Under the pieces are notes generated by a model that was given only the letters and a program-made list of their open reading frames with translations, did not search any database and had not been told where the DNA came from. A stretch of 61,542 bases of DNA, filler included, from Jimgerdemannia flammicorona (taxonomy: Eukaryota): the NCBI GenBank assembly GCA_003990765.1. It is 3 parts of 3 records of this genome, joined end to end, with 100 filler letters (N's around TTAATTAATTAA, not from the genome) between each part and the next. Parts side by side here need not be neighbours in the genome. Positions count along the whole stretch, not along the records: positions 20,553 to 41,000 come from RBNJ01001682.1; 2 more parts are not named here. One strand, written 5' to 3'. The position numbers were made by a program, and so were the translations under genes. Shown here piece by piece: positions 25,401-36,604 of the stretch. Position 1 is the stretch's first letter; each line of letters starts with the position of its first letter.

Positions 25401-27985
25401 GGACCAGGAGAAGGCTTACAACTGGGTACAGCGAGTCTGGTTGGTGAAAGTATTAGATAGAATTGGGGTTCCGGTCCCATTTCAGTTAGCGATGGTCAGC
25501 CTACTAGAAAGGAGTAGGGCTGCACTTGTGTATAATGGGCATAGAGGGGTAGCATTCCCTCTGGGTAGGGGAGTGCCCCAGGGGGACCCACTGTCCCCCA
25601 TTTTGTATGCTCTTTCTTTAGAACCCCTAATGGACAGGATTTGGTGGAGGATAGTAGGGCTCTCCATCTATAGCATTGGCTGGAAAGTTGGAGCTTTTGC
25701 AGATGACATGGTGGTTGGTTTGGGAATAACTGCTGATGTTGAGGAGCTCAAGAAGACAGTGGAGTGGTATGAGGAGAACTCTGGGGCAAAGCTGAATTGG
25801 CACAAGTATGAAACAATAGTGCTGGGCAATGGCCTGGTGGGTGGAGAGGTTATTGGAACAATTGTCCCCACCAGAGAGACAGTGCAGTACTTGGGCATCT
25901 ATTTGTCGGTCTATGGGTCTGTTCTGCCTAGGCTGTGGTGGGAGCAGAGGATTGGAATTTGGGAGGAGGACCTGCAGAGTTGGGGGGGAAGACACTTCTC
26001 TCTGGCAGGAAGGATCTCGATTTTGAATGTATACTGGCTGCTGAAACTGTGGTATTTGGCTTATCATCTGGACTTCCCAGCTTGGGTGGTGAAGAGATTG
26101 GTGAAGGTGGCCAAGGAATAGATTTGGGCTGGCAGATGGAGTCAGATTGGTTGGGAGACTTTGTCCCTACCAGTGGCGAGAGGTGGTCTGGGGCTGGTAG
26201 ACTTCTCCAAACAACTACACTGCTTGAGGGCATGGTGGCTTAAGAGGGTGGTGGCGTTGTGTGGAGGGGGCTGGGTTCCCCTGCTGCAGAAGGTCTGGGA
26301 GAGGTGGTCATCACCAAGAGGCTCGACTGGTGATCTTCTTTCATTAGTTGGGCTTTGGAACACTGCACAACTGAGATATAAAGGCTTCTGGTGGGGGATA
26401 GCCGAGGAGGCACACCACATTGGTATTTTCTGGCAAGGGGATGAGGGGGAGAGGGCTTGGGGCCCAGCGATGTGGAGATGGGATGGCATTCTTCTGGGAG
26501 GCATGCCTTTACTTGAGTTCAACATTGGTGATGGAATCAAATACCAAAGAGGACCAGGCCAGGATCTGTAGTCTAGTGGTTGGCAAGGAGTTGGAATTGG
26601 TGAGGAGTGGGACTGGTATGGGGTTTGGACCTGGAGTGCTACAGTGAAAAATTGGATGCTGCTGAAGTACTGAGTGGTCTGGTGGCACATGCTGAGGAGG
26701 AATGTGATGCTTAACTTCCACTCAGAACACCTTGTCGTAGGGGGCTGCTTTGACTGCAAGGAGTGCCATAATGTAGGGCAGGAAGGGGGATTTATACAGA
26801 TGCCAGAACATTGGCTAGGGGAGTGTGAGGTATTGAGAGACTTTTGGCAGGCCATTGGAGACTGATTGGGGGTAAGGCATAGGGGTGATGATGTACGGGG
26901 GAGGTGGGAGGACCTGAGGGATCGATTGGTAGGAGGGGTAGGAGAGGAGTGGATTACTTTAGACTGGGCATTGACTATTTGGATTGGGCTAGCCAGTCAC
27001 TGGCTATTTGTATTTGAGGAGGGGAGACAACAGAACTTGGGGAGCCAGTTATCATGGTGGCAGTGCCTTATGGAGGATATCTTGACAGGCTGGTGGCTTG
27101 GCTGGGGGCTGCAGGGGGGTCAGAGGCGCCACTTGGTAGTGAAAATCTGTGGTCAGAGTGGTGGGAGAGTTGGAGTTGTTGGTGAGAGAGTGGTCTTTAT
27201 ATGTGAAGAGGTGGGGAGGGGCCCCCCGATGGGGATTGGATAGTGGGTGGTGATATTGTATACTTATTTATAGACTGGTAATAAAGACAGAGTCCAAGGG
27301 ACTATAAAAAAAAAAAAAAAAATATACTCAATTAGTACAGGTATGTCAATGTTGGCATGTGGCCATTGCCTCTTCCAAAATAGAGAAACCCCTATAAAAA
27401 CTCACTCTTTCTTTTCTTTGAACAGTGCTGGACCCATGCTTAAAGCTACAATACCATAAAGATCAGGGCTGGGAGCAGTACTTCATTAAGAGAACCAAGC
27501 AGGCCATAATCAAAGTGTACTGGAAAAACTATGTACTGCCACAAGATTCCAGCCGAAGTCTGGACAAATATGTTGAGGGATTCCTCTTGTCCCACATTTA
27601 CTTCAGCAGAAAGGTAGCCATCAGTGGAAGAGCTGCTATCAATAGATAAACTTATCATTTACCTTACCAGCAATCACATGATCCTGCTGGAGGGCATAGA
27701 GGTGCTCAACTGATGGAAGGTAGGTTGTCAGGTGGGTGTTGGACCAATTTAACCCACCAATCTAACCACTGCTCTATCCACTGGGATGTGTAGCTATATC
27801 AAACAGACTTCCCCAGCCTATATGGTATGGCTCAGGACTACCTGGCAATTCCTGTCTCCAGTGCTCCCATTGAGCAGGTGTTCTCAGGTAGGATGGACCT
27901 CATTGCTCCAAAGAGGTGTGTACTGAACACTGAGATAATCCAAGTGTGTATGTGTCTGAAGTCTTGGTGGGGCTTGGGCTGCTAA
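22483..27985 (+). pseudogene. hAT (Ac-like) transposase, intron-containing, interrupted by a LINE
   Basis: BED finger SEI(W)QY...VCNYC (~22575-22635). DTWTSPN..FLGIISH and GPHSGDNIA (~23225-23360). MDNTTNN; HWNST (~23835); LDPCLK (27425). Dimerization domain FPSLYGMAQDYLAIPVSSAPIEQVFS...CLKSW (~27810-27985). Confidence 0.92.
24390..27321 (+). mobile_element. 5'-truncated LINE, subfamily C copy 1, inserted in the hAT transposase
   Basis: RT ORF 25282-26121 (QGDP, FADD); poly-A at 27306-27321. Perfect 16-bp TSD ATATACTCAATTAGTA (24374-24389 / 27322-27337). Confidence 0.95.
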
Positions 27986-28099
27986 AATTCAGTAGGTCCT
28001 GGGGGTTCACAGATAAGTTGGTTGGTCTTGTAGAATATTTAATATCTTTCAAAAATAATAAAAAGGTAAAAAAACCTGAGAACTCAGCCTGGAGTTTGC

Positions 28100-28500
28100 A
28101 GCCCAAGTGGGCAGCAGTCAGCAGGGTTAGCAGTGGTAGCAGAGGGAGTGCACAATGTTTGTTGCCCTCTTCCAGCAGCAAGGGGCAGCCCCAATCTATC
28201 AGTATCCAGGTCAGTGGACAGGTCAGTGAGTGGGCATGGGGTTGGAGAGAGTATACAAAATTTGTAGCCCTCTGCTGGTAGTAAGGAGCAGCTCCAAGCC
28301 ACAAGTATCTGGGATAAGCAGGGTAGGTGGAGGAAGTGTGTAAAATTTGTGGCCCTCTACTAGCAGCATAGGGGCAGCCCCAAGCCACCAAGGAGTTTGG
28401 GGCAGAGAGTACTTCTGGTGGTCAGAGGGTACTTCTAGTGGTCAGAGGGTGCTTCTGGCAGTCAGAGGGCATTTCTAGCAGTTGGAGGGTGCTTCTGGTA
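28100..28500 (+). repeat. Internal hAT repeats: three ~115-bp dispersed units and a ~20-bp tandem (TACTTCTGGTGGTCAGAGGG)
   Basis: Directly visible; inverted counterpart at ~40540-40910. Confidence 0.7.
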
Positions 28501-28705
28501 GTTGAAGTCCACCACAGATTCAGGCCCCATTACCAGTTCGGGTCCCATGGGCCAAGGGACTGATAGGGCCCTGCATAATAGCTAAGCTAGTGCTACAGAA
28601 GAGATGTCTAGCCAAACCCCCCACATAAGACTGCCCAATCTGTATAAAATGACTACCTAACCCTTATGAAAGACTGCCTATCTCTCATGAAAGATTGCCT
28701 AACCC

Positions 28706-30760
28706 TTATAAAAACTGCTCTACCTACTGGTCCCAGGCCTTGATGAGTCTATCATCTATTGTGAGTACAATAACTGTTGTATCTGAGCTCTCCTCAAAGG
28801 TGATGGTGCCATAGTGGTCATGTGGTTAGAAGAGGATGGCCATGTTGGCTACAAATGGAACCCCAAAACTATAGGTGAGGTCATACCAGACTCCTCCACT
28901 ATTCTTCCAGATTGGGCCCTTCCTTTTCGGGATATAAAACATTACTGGGGTGACATTGTTGTCTGTATGTATGGGCAGAGAAATGTTGTGCCTGATGTAT
29001 CCTGATGTGACACAAGTGTATGGTTGGTGAACCCTTGGCCCAAGACCTCATACTGCCAGGCTGTACTGGTGGATGCCTGCTCTTGGTCCAGCTCCAGAAG
29101 CCCCAGCTTGGAAACCTGTCAAAATGGATGGTAACCAGTCAGTCCTTTTTGTATGTGGGCTGGCAGAAACCCCCTGGGCTGCAGAAACCCCTGGACTGCA
29201 GAAACCCCCTGGGCTGCAGCACCCCAAAAAAGTGGAGCTCCTTACCTCATATAGTATACTAAATTGTACCAAGAATGTATATACAGCTGCACCAAGATCA
29301 CCACCAAGCTGGTCTACCATATGCTCTACCAATCTGCTCAAAGAACCCCAGATCATAGCCACCATCGCTACATAGGCTGTATTGTGCTTGCACATAGTTT
29401 GCTCTTCAATGGCACTTTTAAAGTTCTAGTAGGGGTACAGAATCTTATGCATCTCTGGAATTGTATCAAAAAGAGTATGTTGGTGAAGAGTGTGATTTAT
29501 CTGGGGAGGAGAAAAAAAAAAGGGAGATGAGTGTGGGGGATTTCAGAACTCTGGAACCCACTCTTTGCCAGTGTTGCAGTATACCCAATTCCTGTCCAAA
29601 CCCCCCTCCTTGTTTTTTTTGCTCCCTCTTTCCTGCTACCCAGTATTTAATATAATCCTTATAAATCTCATTGATGTGGCAGTAAAGCTCATCACTGTAG
29701 AGGTTTCTTACCACTATTGCAACCATCTCTTTACATTCGTTAATAATGATATAGTTCTCTTCATCATTGGTTACTCCTGCTGACCAATGGACCCCTTGGT
29801 CAAGAATAATTAGCTTTGATTCAAATGTAGACCCCCAAATCTTGATGATGATGCTGGTACTACTCATACTGAACATCTTATCCTCGAATTTCTCTATTTG
29901 ATCAGATGCCAGATGTAGTAACTTTGAACTCTCCTTTCCAATAGAACTGAGCCCTAATCTGAGGGACCAAGATAAGTGTGTGGACAGGTTACATGTAGAT
30001 GAGTTGCATGTGGATAGGTTGCATGTAGGTGGGTTGTATACAGGTAGGTTGTATGTGGGTGTGGGTGTTTTTTAAGAGGAGACCACATAAAAAATGAAAT
30101 TAAATAAAACACAGAGATGGGTATTTTAGAAAAAGAGCATGAGTGAGTGAGTAAGTAAGCTGCATGCCAATGAGTTGTATGAATTGCATAAGATTGCTCA
30201 TAAAGGCTTGCTTCTGTTCCTTTTGAGACCTCCACTATGTGATGTATTGACTCAATAGCTCAGCCACCAAAGACATGCCCCACAACATCCTCCAACCTTT
30301 CTTCATCTTGACCAGATGTTGCGAATAAAGTCAGCAAATCTCACCATAGAGCTGTAGACCCTAAGAAGAGCACAAGGTGAATCAGATCATGCTGGGGGAA
30401 TTTAAATAAGTAAAAAGTAGTAGCAGAAAAGAGCAACCTACATCTACTACCAGCTGCTCCAAAAAGGCTGCCATATACATAGCTGTGAGGTTTGTGAATT
30501 TCAAGGTCTAAAGAGCTGCTATGAGTTGTTGTCAGAATTCACCCTCATCCCCACCATCACCATTACTATCATTATTGCCATCACCATCACTACCACCATT
30601 GCCCCTTTAGCTCTCAATGAGCAGCTTGTGTGCTATCCATATGAGAAAGAATTTAACATTGTCAGCAGAGAGTGCATTTTCACCTCGAATACTCTCTCTT
30701 TTGATGATCATTGCAGAGTGAAAAATGAGTAGACTGGACCAATATATGAATTAAGGGCTG
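28706..30760 (-). pseudogene. hAT cargo gene copy 1: multi-exon, putative TET/JBP-like 2OG-Fe(II) dioxygenase fold, decayed
   Basis: GT-AG introns at 29561-29501 and 29245-29116; the 255-nt exon 29500-29246 is in frame. Last exon encodes ..NISLPIHTD..SGGVWYDLTYSFGVPFVANMAILF*PHDHYGT. Stops are transitions of sense codons in copy 2. Start position uncertain. Confidence 0.55.
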
Positions 30761-30894
30761 CTGTTTTGTTTGCTCATGATACAGCAGGAAAGAACAAAGA
30801 AAAGAGAGAGAATAAAAGGAAAGGGTGATATCACCAAAGTGTGGCAGAAAAAAAAAAACAAGAGCAAAATGAATAAAAAAAAGAGTGATGTCAC

Positions 30895-31103
30895 CAAAGA
30901 TTTCAATCTGGATGGATCAATCCAGATTAATCTAGAGATCATCCAGATGGATCAATCTAGATGGATCAATCTAGATCAATCTGGATAGATTAATCCAGAT
31001 CAATCCGGATCAATCTAGATCAGATCATGAGACCAATCTGAGTTGATTCAAATCCATCACATGATAAACCTGAATCAAATCTCATCCAGATCAACTCTAT
31101 CCA
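30895..31103 (+). repeat. hAT right subterminal repeat array (GATCAATCCA/TAGAT units)
   Basis: Tandem near-palindromic units; inverted counterpart at 38026-38225. Confidence 0.8.
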
Positions 31104-31115
31104 TTCAGAGCACTA

Positions 31116-34100
31116 CTCACTGGGCAGCCAGAGTAGGGGGGCTGGCAGTATAGTGACTGAGGGGTAACTGCTAATGGAAGTGTGATAGGTAATCTGAAAA
31201 AAAATCTAGATGGGACTACTGATAATGGACCAAGTTGTAGGAAGAGCATGAGACCTAGTGACTTGGCTGATGGTATAATGAGACTGACAGTAGCCCTGTT
31301 ACTTAAGAAGTTGAATTTGGAGTTTACAGTTACTTTGTGCTTCTGGGGCTTGGCAGTGATAGCAAAAATAGTTCTAGGACTGATTATGAAGCAGATGGGT
31401 GATATGGTGTCTGTTAAGTTCCTGAGAGGCCTAGAAGGGGTAGAGGTGGGTTTTGAGAAGGCTAGACCATTAGAAGATATATTGAAGGCTGAGTTGATAG
31501 TTGGGAAGGTGTGTGTACTAATGGCATACTGTCGGAAGTGGGATCCCAGAGTAATATAGTTCCTGGTAAAAGGAGTTTCTATAGTGACCACAGTAAAGAT
31601 AAGAAGGAGAGTAGAGGAAGTCATGGCTGAGGATGGGGAGGTAGTTAATATAGAGTTCAGGGTGTAGAAAGGAATCTCCTTCTAGACAGAGAATGTTGAT
31701 ATCCAGATTTGGTTGACAGAAAGAGAGGCTACTGAGAAGGCTCAGAACTGGCCTTCAGTAATGGTGTAGAGAGTCTTCATATACAAGATGATGAGAGTGA
31801 AGGAGAGTGAGGAGAAAGAAGACTTATCAGAGATACTGGAGAAGTTGAGTAATGTAGTAGAGTAAAGGGTGAAGGCTTGAAAGATATTTGTAGAGTTGAT
31901 ACACCTGGAGATTGTTGATGGAAAGTGGGTCTGCATCAATAAGGGGCTGTGGGAGAGGTCCCAAGGATGTAGGAGGTAGAGAGATTTGCTGGCAAAAATT
32001 GAGAAAGAGATGAAGAGGAATGCTGGTAGTAGTGAAGATACTGAAGGTACTAAGGTGAATATCTGAGCCAGTAGAAGTGGAGGGAATAAGGAGGTGGGTC
32101 TGGAGGAGACCAGGAAGGTACTGAGCAAGGACCTGTATGAAGATGATATGTTTGAAGTCTGGAAGAATACTCCTCCTCCTCTTATTAGGTAGGGACCAGC
32201 TGTAAGAGATCAGGTGGCAGAGGATATACCAATACATAGTATCCAGTAAGTATATTTCAGAGTTTCTGATGTAGTGAAGGGGGGATGGGTGGTGGCAGCT
32301 AGCAAAAAGGAATTGGTAGACATCCTAGAGAAGGAGTGGGATGAGTCTGTGAGCATAGGAGCTGATACTACAATGCTGAATAGAGGAAGGCCAGCGACTC
32401 TAGGGAGAAAAGAGGTGGAGAACCTACTATGGGTATATCAGATAATGAATAACTTGGTAGCTGAAGAGTTGGGGAAAGTGGACCTTAGAGTAATGAGTAA
32501 TGAGCATTGGGCATAGATCCTGCAGAGCAATAGAGTAGTGGCAGTATTGAAGGTAGAAATACTTGCAGTATATGTACTTAGAGAAGAAAGAGTATGAGAG
32601 AGAGGCTGAGCTGGCAGTTGTTACTGGTGAGTGGGCCACCTCCTGTTGGGCTAAGTGTTATGGATTGTAGCTCTGGCAAGAGGCCTGCCTGGAGTATCAT
32701 GAAGATTTTGAGGAAAAGGAGGATGGGGAGATAACTGAGCTACTGGTTGGATTGGAGGCTTAGAGGGCTGAAGAGGAGAAAGTATCTACTGAATACAATC
32801 TAGATGTGGTACAGGAGGTAATGAACATAGAGCAGTAGAGGATATATTTAATATTACACAATTTTTCTTATGAACAGTATAACTAATATTTTTTCTTTAA
32901 ATATAAATGGGTTATAAGGTTCTTTTCAGTATTAGAATATTTTTACTTTGCTGAAGGGATTGGAGGCCAATCTCTTTCTTTTGCAGGATGTCAGATGTGA
33001 GGATGATTTGGATAGGCTGGAATGGACAAAGAAATAGAAAGGTGAGGCAGTTTGGAAGGGTAAGGTTGGGATTCTGGTTTGGAGAGGCAGAGGGGAGATA
33101 CATGATGTGAGGAGCTAAGGAGATAGGCTGGTTTGGGGAGAGTGGATATGAATAGGTTGGGAGCCAGTTATAGTGGGTTTCTGCTACTGCCCTGCTGTAT
33201 AGAGTAAGCATGTAGATTGGGTGAAGGGTCTCCAGAAGAGTGGGGTCCTTACAGAGGCTGGAGTAGATATGCTTGGTAGAGACTTCAATATTGTCAGAGA
33301 TGTACTAGTGGATAGAACTGATAGAGGGTGGGGGACTGAGAATAGGAGTAGAGGGCTGGAGGCATGGGAGGAAGTAGAAAGGCTAAGTGCTCTGATGGAT
33401 ACTAGCAGGGGGTTCTGGGGTGATAGAAGGATATATACACATTGGACAGGTGGCCTGGAGATGAGGATTGACTGAATTCTAATAGTGAGCTGCTGGGGTT
33501 TGGATGTTTGGAAGTTGCTGGAGGCAGAGTGGTGTCTGTAGTTAGATTATTGAGGGCTGCTAGGGCAGAGTCATTTTGGAGAGAGTAGAGATCGGCCTGG
33601 ACATTGGTGTCTCAATTCCTCTTTGTTAGATGATAAGGTGCTGTGGGATGAGTAGGCTGAGGACATTTAGCAGAAGGTGAAGGGCTGGATGCAGGAAGGT
33701 GCCCCAGTTGGTATCTGGTAGATGAGGATGAAAGAGGCTGCTAGGGCCTACTGAAGTGAGGCTGGCAAGGTGGCCAGAAGACAGAGGAGGAAAAGAGTGA
33801 GATGGGCTTCTGCTAGACTGATTAGAAGATTGAGCAGGTCTGGTAGCACTGGAGGGGAGGGAGGACTGGAGATTAATACAAGTGAAAATAGAGGTTGGAG
33901 AATTACAACAGATGTTATAGGAAGAGGAGAAGGCACAGGTGCAGAGTTTGGCAGCATGGTTATATTGGTAGAAGCTAGAGGAAGGGAAAAGGTCTTCTAA
34001 GTATCTCATGAGGGCCCTTCAGATGAGGAGAGTAAAGCAGAGGTGGGAGGGGGTACTAGATTCCAATAGTCTGCTGGTGTATGATATACAAGACATTTTT

Positions 34101-36540
34101 GGATTGTTAAAGAAGAGATAGAGTAGTTTATAGAGTGAGGAGGAGGGTGGGGCTGATACTGCTACCATTGACTGTATTTTGGAGGATTGACACCTATTAT
34201 GAGCAGAAAAGCTAAGTGGCTTAGTGATACTAGTATGAGGAGGAGATCCACCAGAGGAGGATGGTCTGCTCTGGGACTTCTGAAAGAAGATGGTAGGAGT
34301 CTCTGGAGTACTGGGAGAGCTAATAGTGATGTATGACTTGATACTACAGTCAGGGAGATGGGTGGGGGAGCAGGATCTGGGGCTGATAGTACTGTTTTAT
34401 AAGAACAAGAGAAGAAGGGAGGACTGAAAGAACTGGCAGCTGATCATACTACTGGATATGGATAGAAAGTTGGTTACTAAGATAGTGGTTACAAGGCTAC
34501 AGAAGGTGGCCCAGCAAGTCTTGGGTATAGAGTAGTAGGGCTTTATAGGAGGTCAGCTCATTAGAGATAGTATGGCTTAGATATATAGAGTTATTGAAGG
34601 GGCATGAGTCTGTGGACTAGATGGGCAACTAGTCTTCCTGAATCAGGAGAAGGCATATGACCAGGTTTGACAGGTCTAGTTGGCAAAGATATTGGATAGA
34701 ATTGGTATACCTCACCAGTTCTGATCAGTAATAGTCAGCCTACTGAAAGAGAGTAGGGCTGTACTCATATACAATAGATATAGAGAGGTGGTATTCTCTC
34801 TGGGTAGGGGTGTGTCCCAGAAGGCCCACTGTCCCCTATTCTGTATACTCTTTCTCTAGAGTCTTTGATAGATAGGATTAGGTAGAAAATAGTAAGACTC
34901 TTAGTTTTTGGAATTGGGTGGAAAGTTGAAGCCTTTGCAGATGATATGGTAGTTAGCCTGGGATCAATTGCTGATGTCAAGGAGCTCAGAGAGACAGTGG
35001 AGTGGTATGAGGTATACTCTGGGGCTAAACTCAATTGGTATAAGTGTGAAACAATAGTGTTAGACAATGGTCTGATGGAAGGGGATATCATTGGAACAAT
35101 TGTCCCTACTGGGGAGGCAGTGCAGTACTTGGGTATCTATCTGTCAGTATATGGGTCAGTCCTACTGAGACCTTGGTGGGAGCAGAGAGTTATAATCTGG
35201 AGAGAGGCCCTGTAGAGTTGGGGAGGATACTACTTATCTCTGGTGGGGTGTGTTTTGATTTTGAACATCTACTGGCTGCTAAAGCTGTGGTATTTAGCTT
35301 ATCACCTGAACTTCCTAGCCTAGATGATGAAGAGACTGATGAAACTGACCAAGGGATAGATCTGGGTTGAGAGAAGGAGTCAGATCAGTTGGGAGGTCTT
35401 GTCTTTACTAGTGACTAGAGGGGGCCTTGAGTTGGTTGATTTTCTGAAGAAGCTATACTGCTTGAGAGCATGATGGTTGAAGAGAGTGGTGGAATTGAGA
35501 GGGGGTAGCTGGATTCCTCTAATGCAGAAGGTCTGAGAGATGAGGTCCTCACTAAGAGGCTCTACAGGAGATCTACTATCCTTGGTTGGGCTTCAGAGCA
35601 ATGAGTACATGTGGTATAAAGGCTTCTGGTGGGGGATAGTAGATGAGGAGTACCATATTGGAATTCACTGGCAGAGAAATAAAGGAGAGGTGCCTTGGGA
35701 CTCAGTGATGTGAATATGAGACTGAGTATTATTGTGAGGTGTCTTTCTAGTTGATTTCAATATTAGTGATGGGATTGAGTGCCAGAGGGGACCAGGACAG
35801 GATCTATGGCCCAGCAGATAGCAGTTGGCAGATATTAGAGAGGAGTGGGACTGGAATGGAGTTTGGGCCTAGAGTACTAAGATAAGATAGTGGCTGCTAC
35901 TGAAGTACTGAGTGGTCTGATGGTACATATTGCAGAGAAATGTCATGCTCAACTTTTGATCAGGACACCTTATTAAGGGGGGGAAGCTTTGACTGTAAGG
36001 AGTACCACAATATAAGACAGGAAGGGAGATTTATATAGATACTAAAACATTGGCTAGAAGAGTGTAAGGTACTTAGTGACTTTTGGCTAGCAGTTAAGGA
36101 TCGATTGGATATTGTATATAGGGGAGATGGTGAGTGGGGTCAGTGGGAGAATCTGAAGGATAGATTGGTGGGTGGGGTGGGAAAGGAGTGGCTTACTTTA
36201 GGTTGGATATTGGTAGTTTGGATAGAGCTAGCAGGTCACTAGTTGTTTATTTTCAAGGAAGAAAGGAGCCTGGGATTGGAGGTGCAGTTGTTGAGATGGC
36301 AAGGGCTAATGGAGGACAGTATGATGAGCTGGTGGCTTGGTTGGAGTTTGCAAGGTGGTCAGAGGTATTGCTTGGTGGAGAAAATCTGTAAGCAGAGTAG
36401 AGAGAGAGTTAGGGTAGTGGGTAGTAAAGTGGTCTTCAAATATGAAGGTATAGGAGGAGACTCCCCTATAGGGATTGGGTAGTGGGAGGAGATACTGTAA
36501 CTATCAATAGACTAATAATAAATGGTGAAGTCCAAGTAAC

Positions 36541-36602
<62 letters not shown>
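31116..36602 (+). mobile_element. Heavily decayed LINE, subfamily C copy 2 (ORF1 remnant + ORF2 + ~59-nt poly-A)
   Basis: ORF1 remnant 31182-31559 is homologous to LINE D ORF1. ORF2 from ~32870 (MNSITNIFSLNING, LQDV, RDFN, AFADD). Poly-A at 36544-36602. Confidence 0.88.

Positions 36603-36604
<2 letters not shown>

Larger units (their letters stand above)
22037..31115 (+). mobile_element. hAT-superfamily DNA transposon (~6.1 kb net of the LINE insert) with transposase and a second cargo gene
   Basis: TIRs TAGTACTCTGAA (22037) / TTCAGAGCACTA (ends 31115). Subterminal repeat arrays at both ends; hAT transposase motifs inside. No matching 8-bp TSD. Confidence 0.85.
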
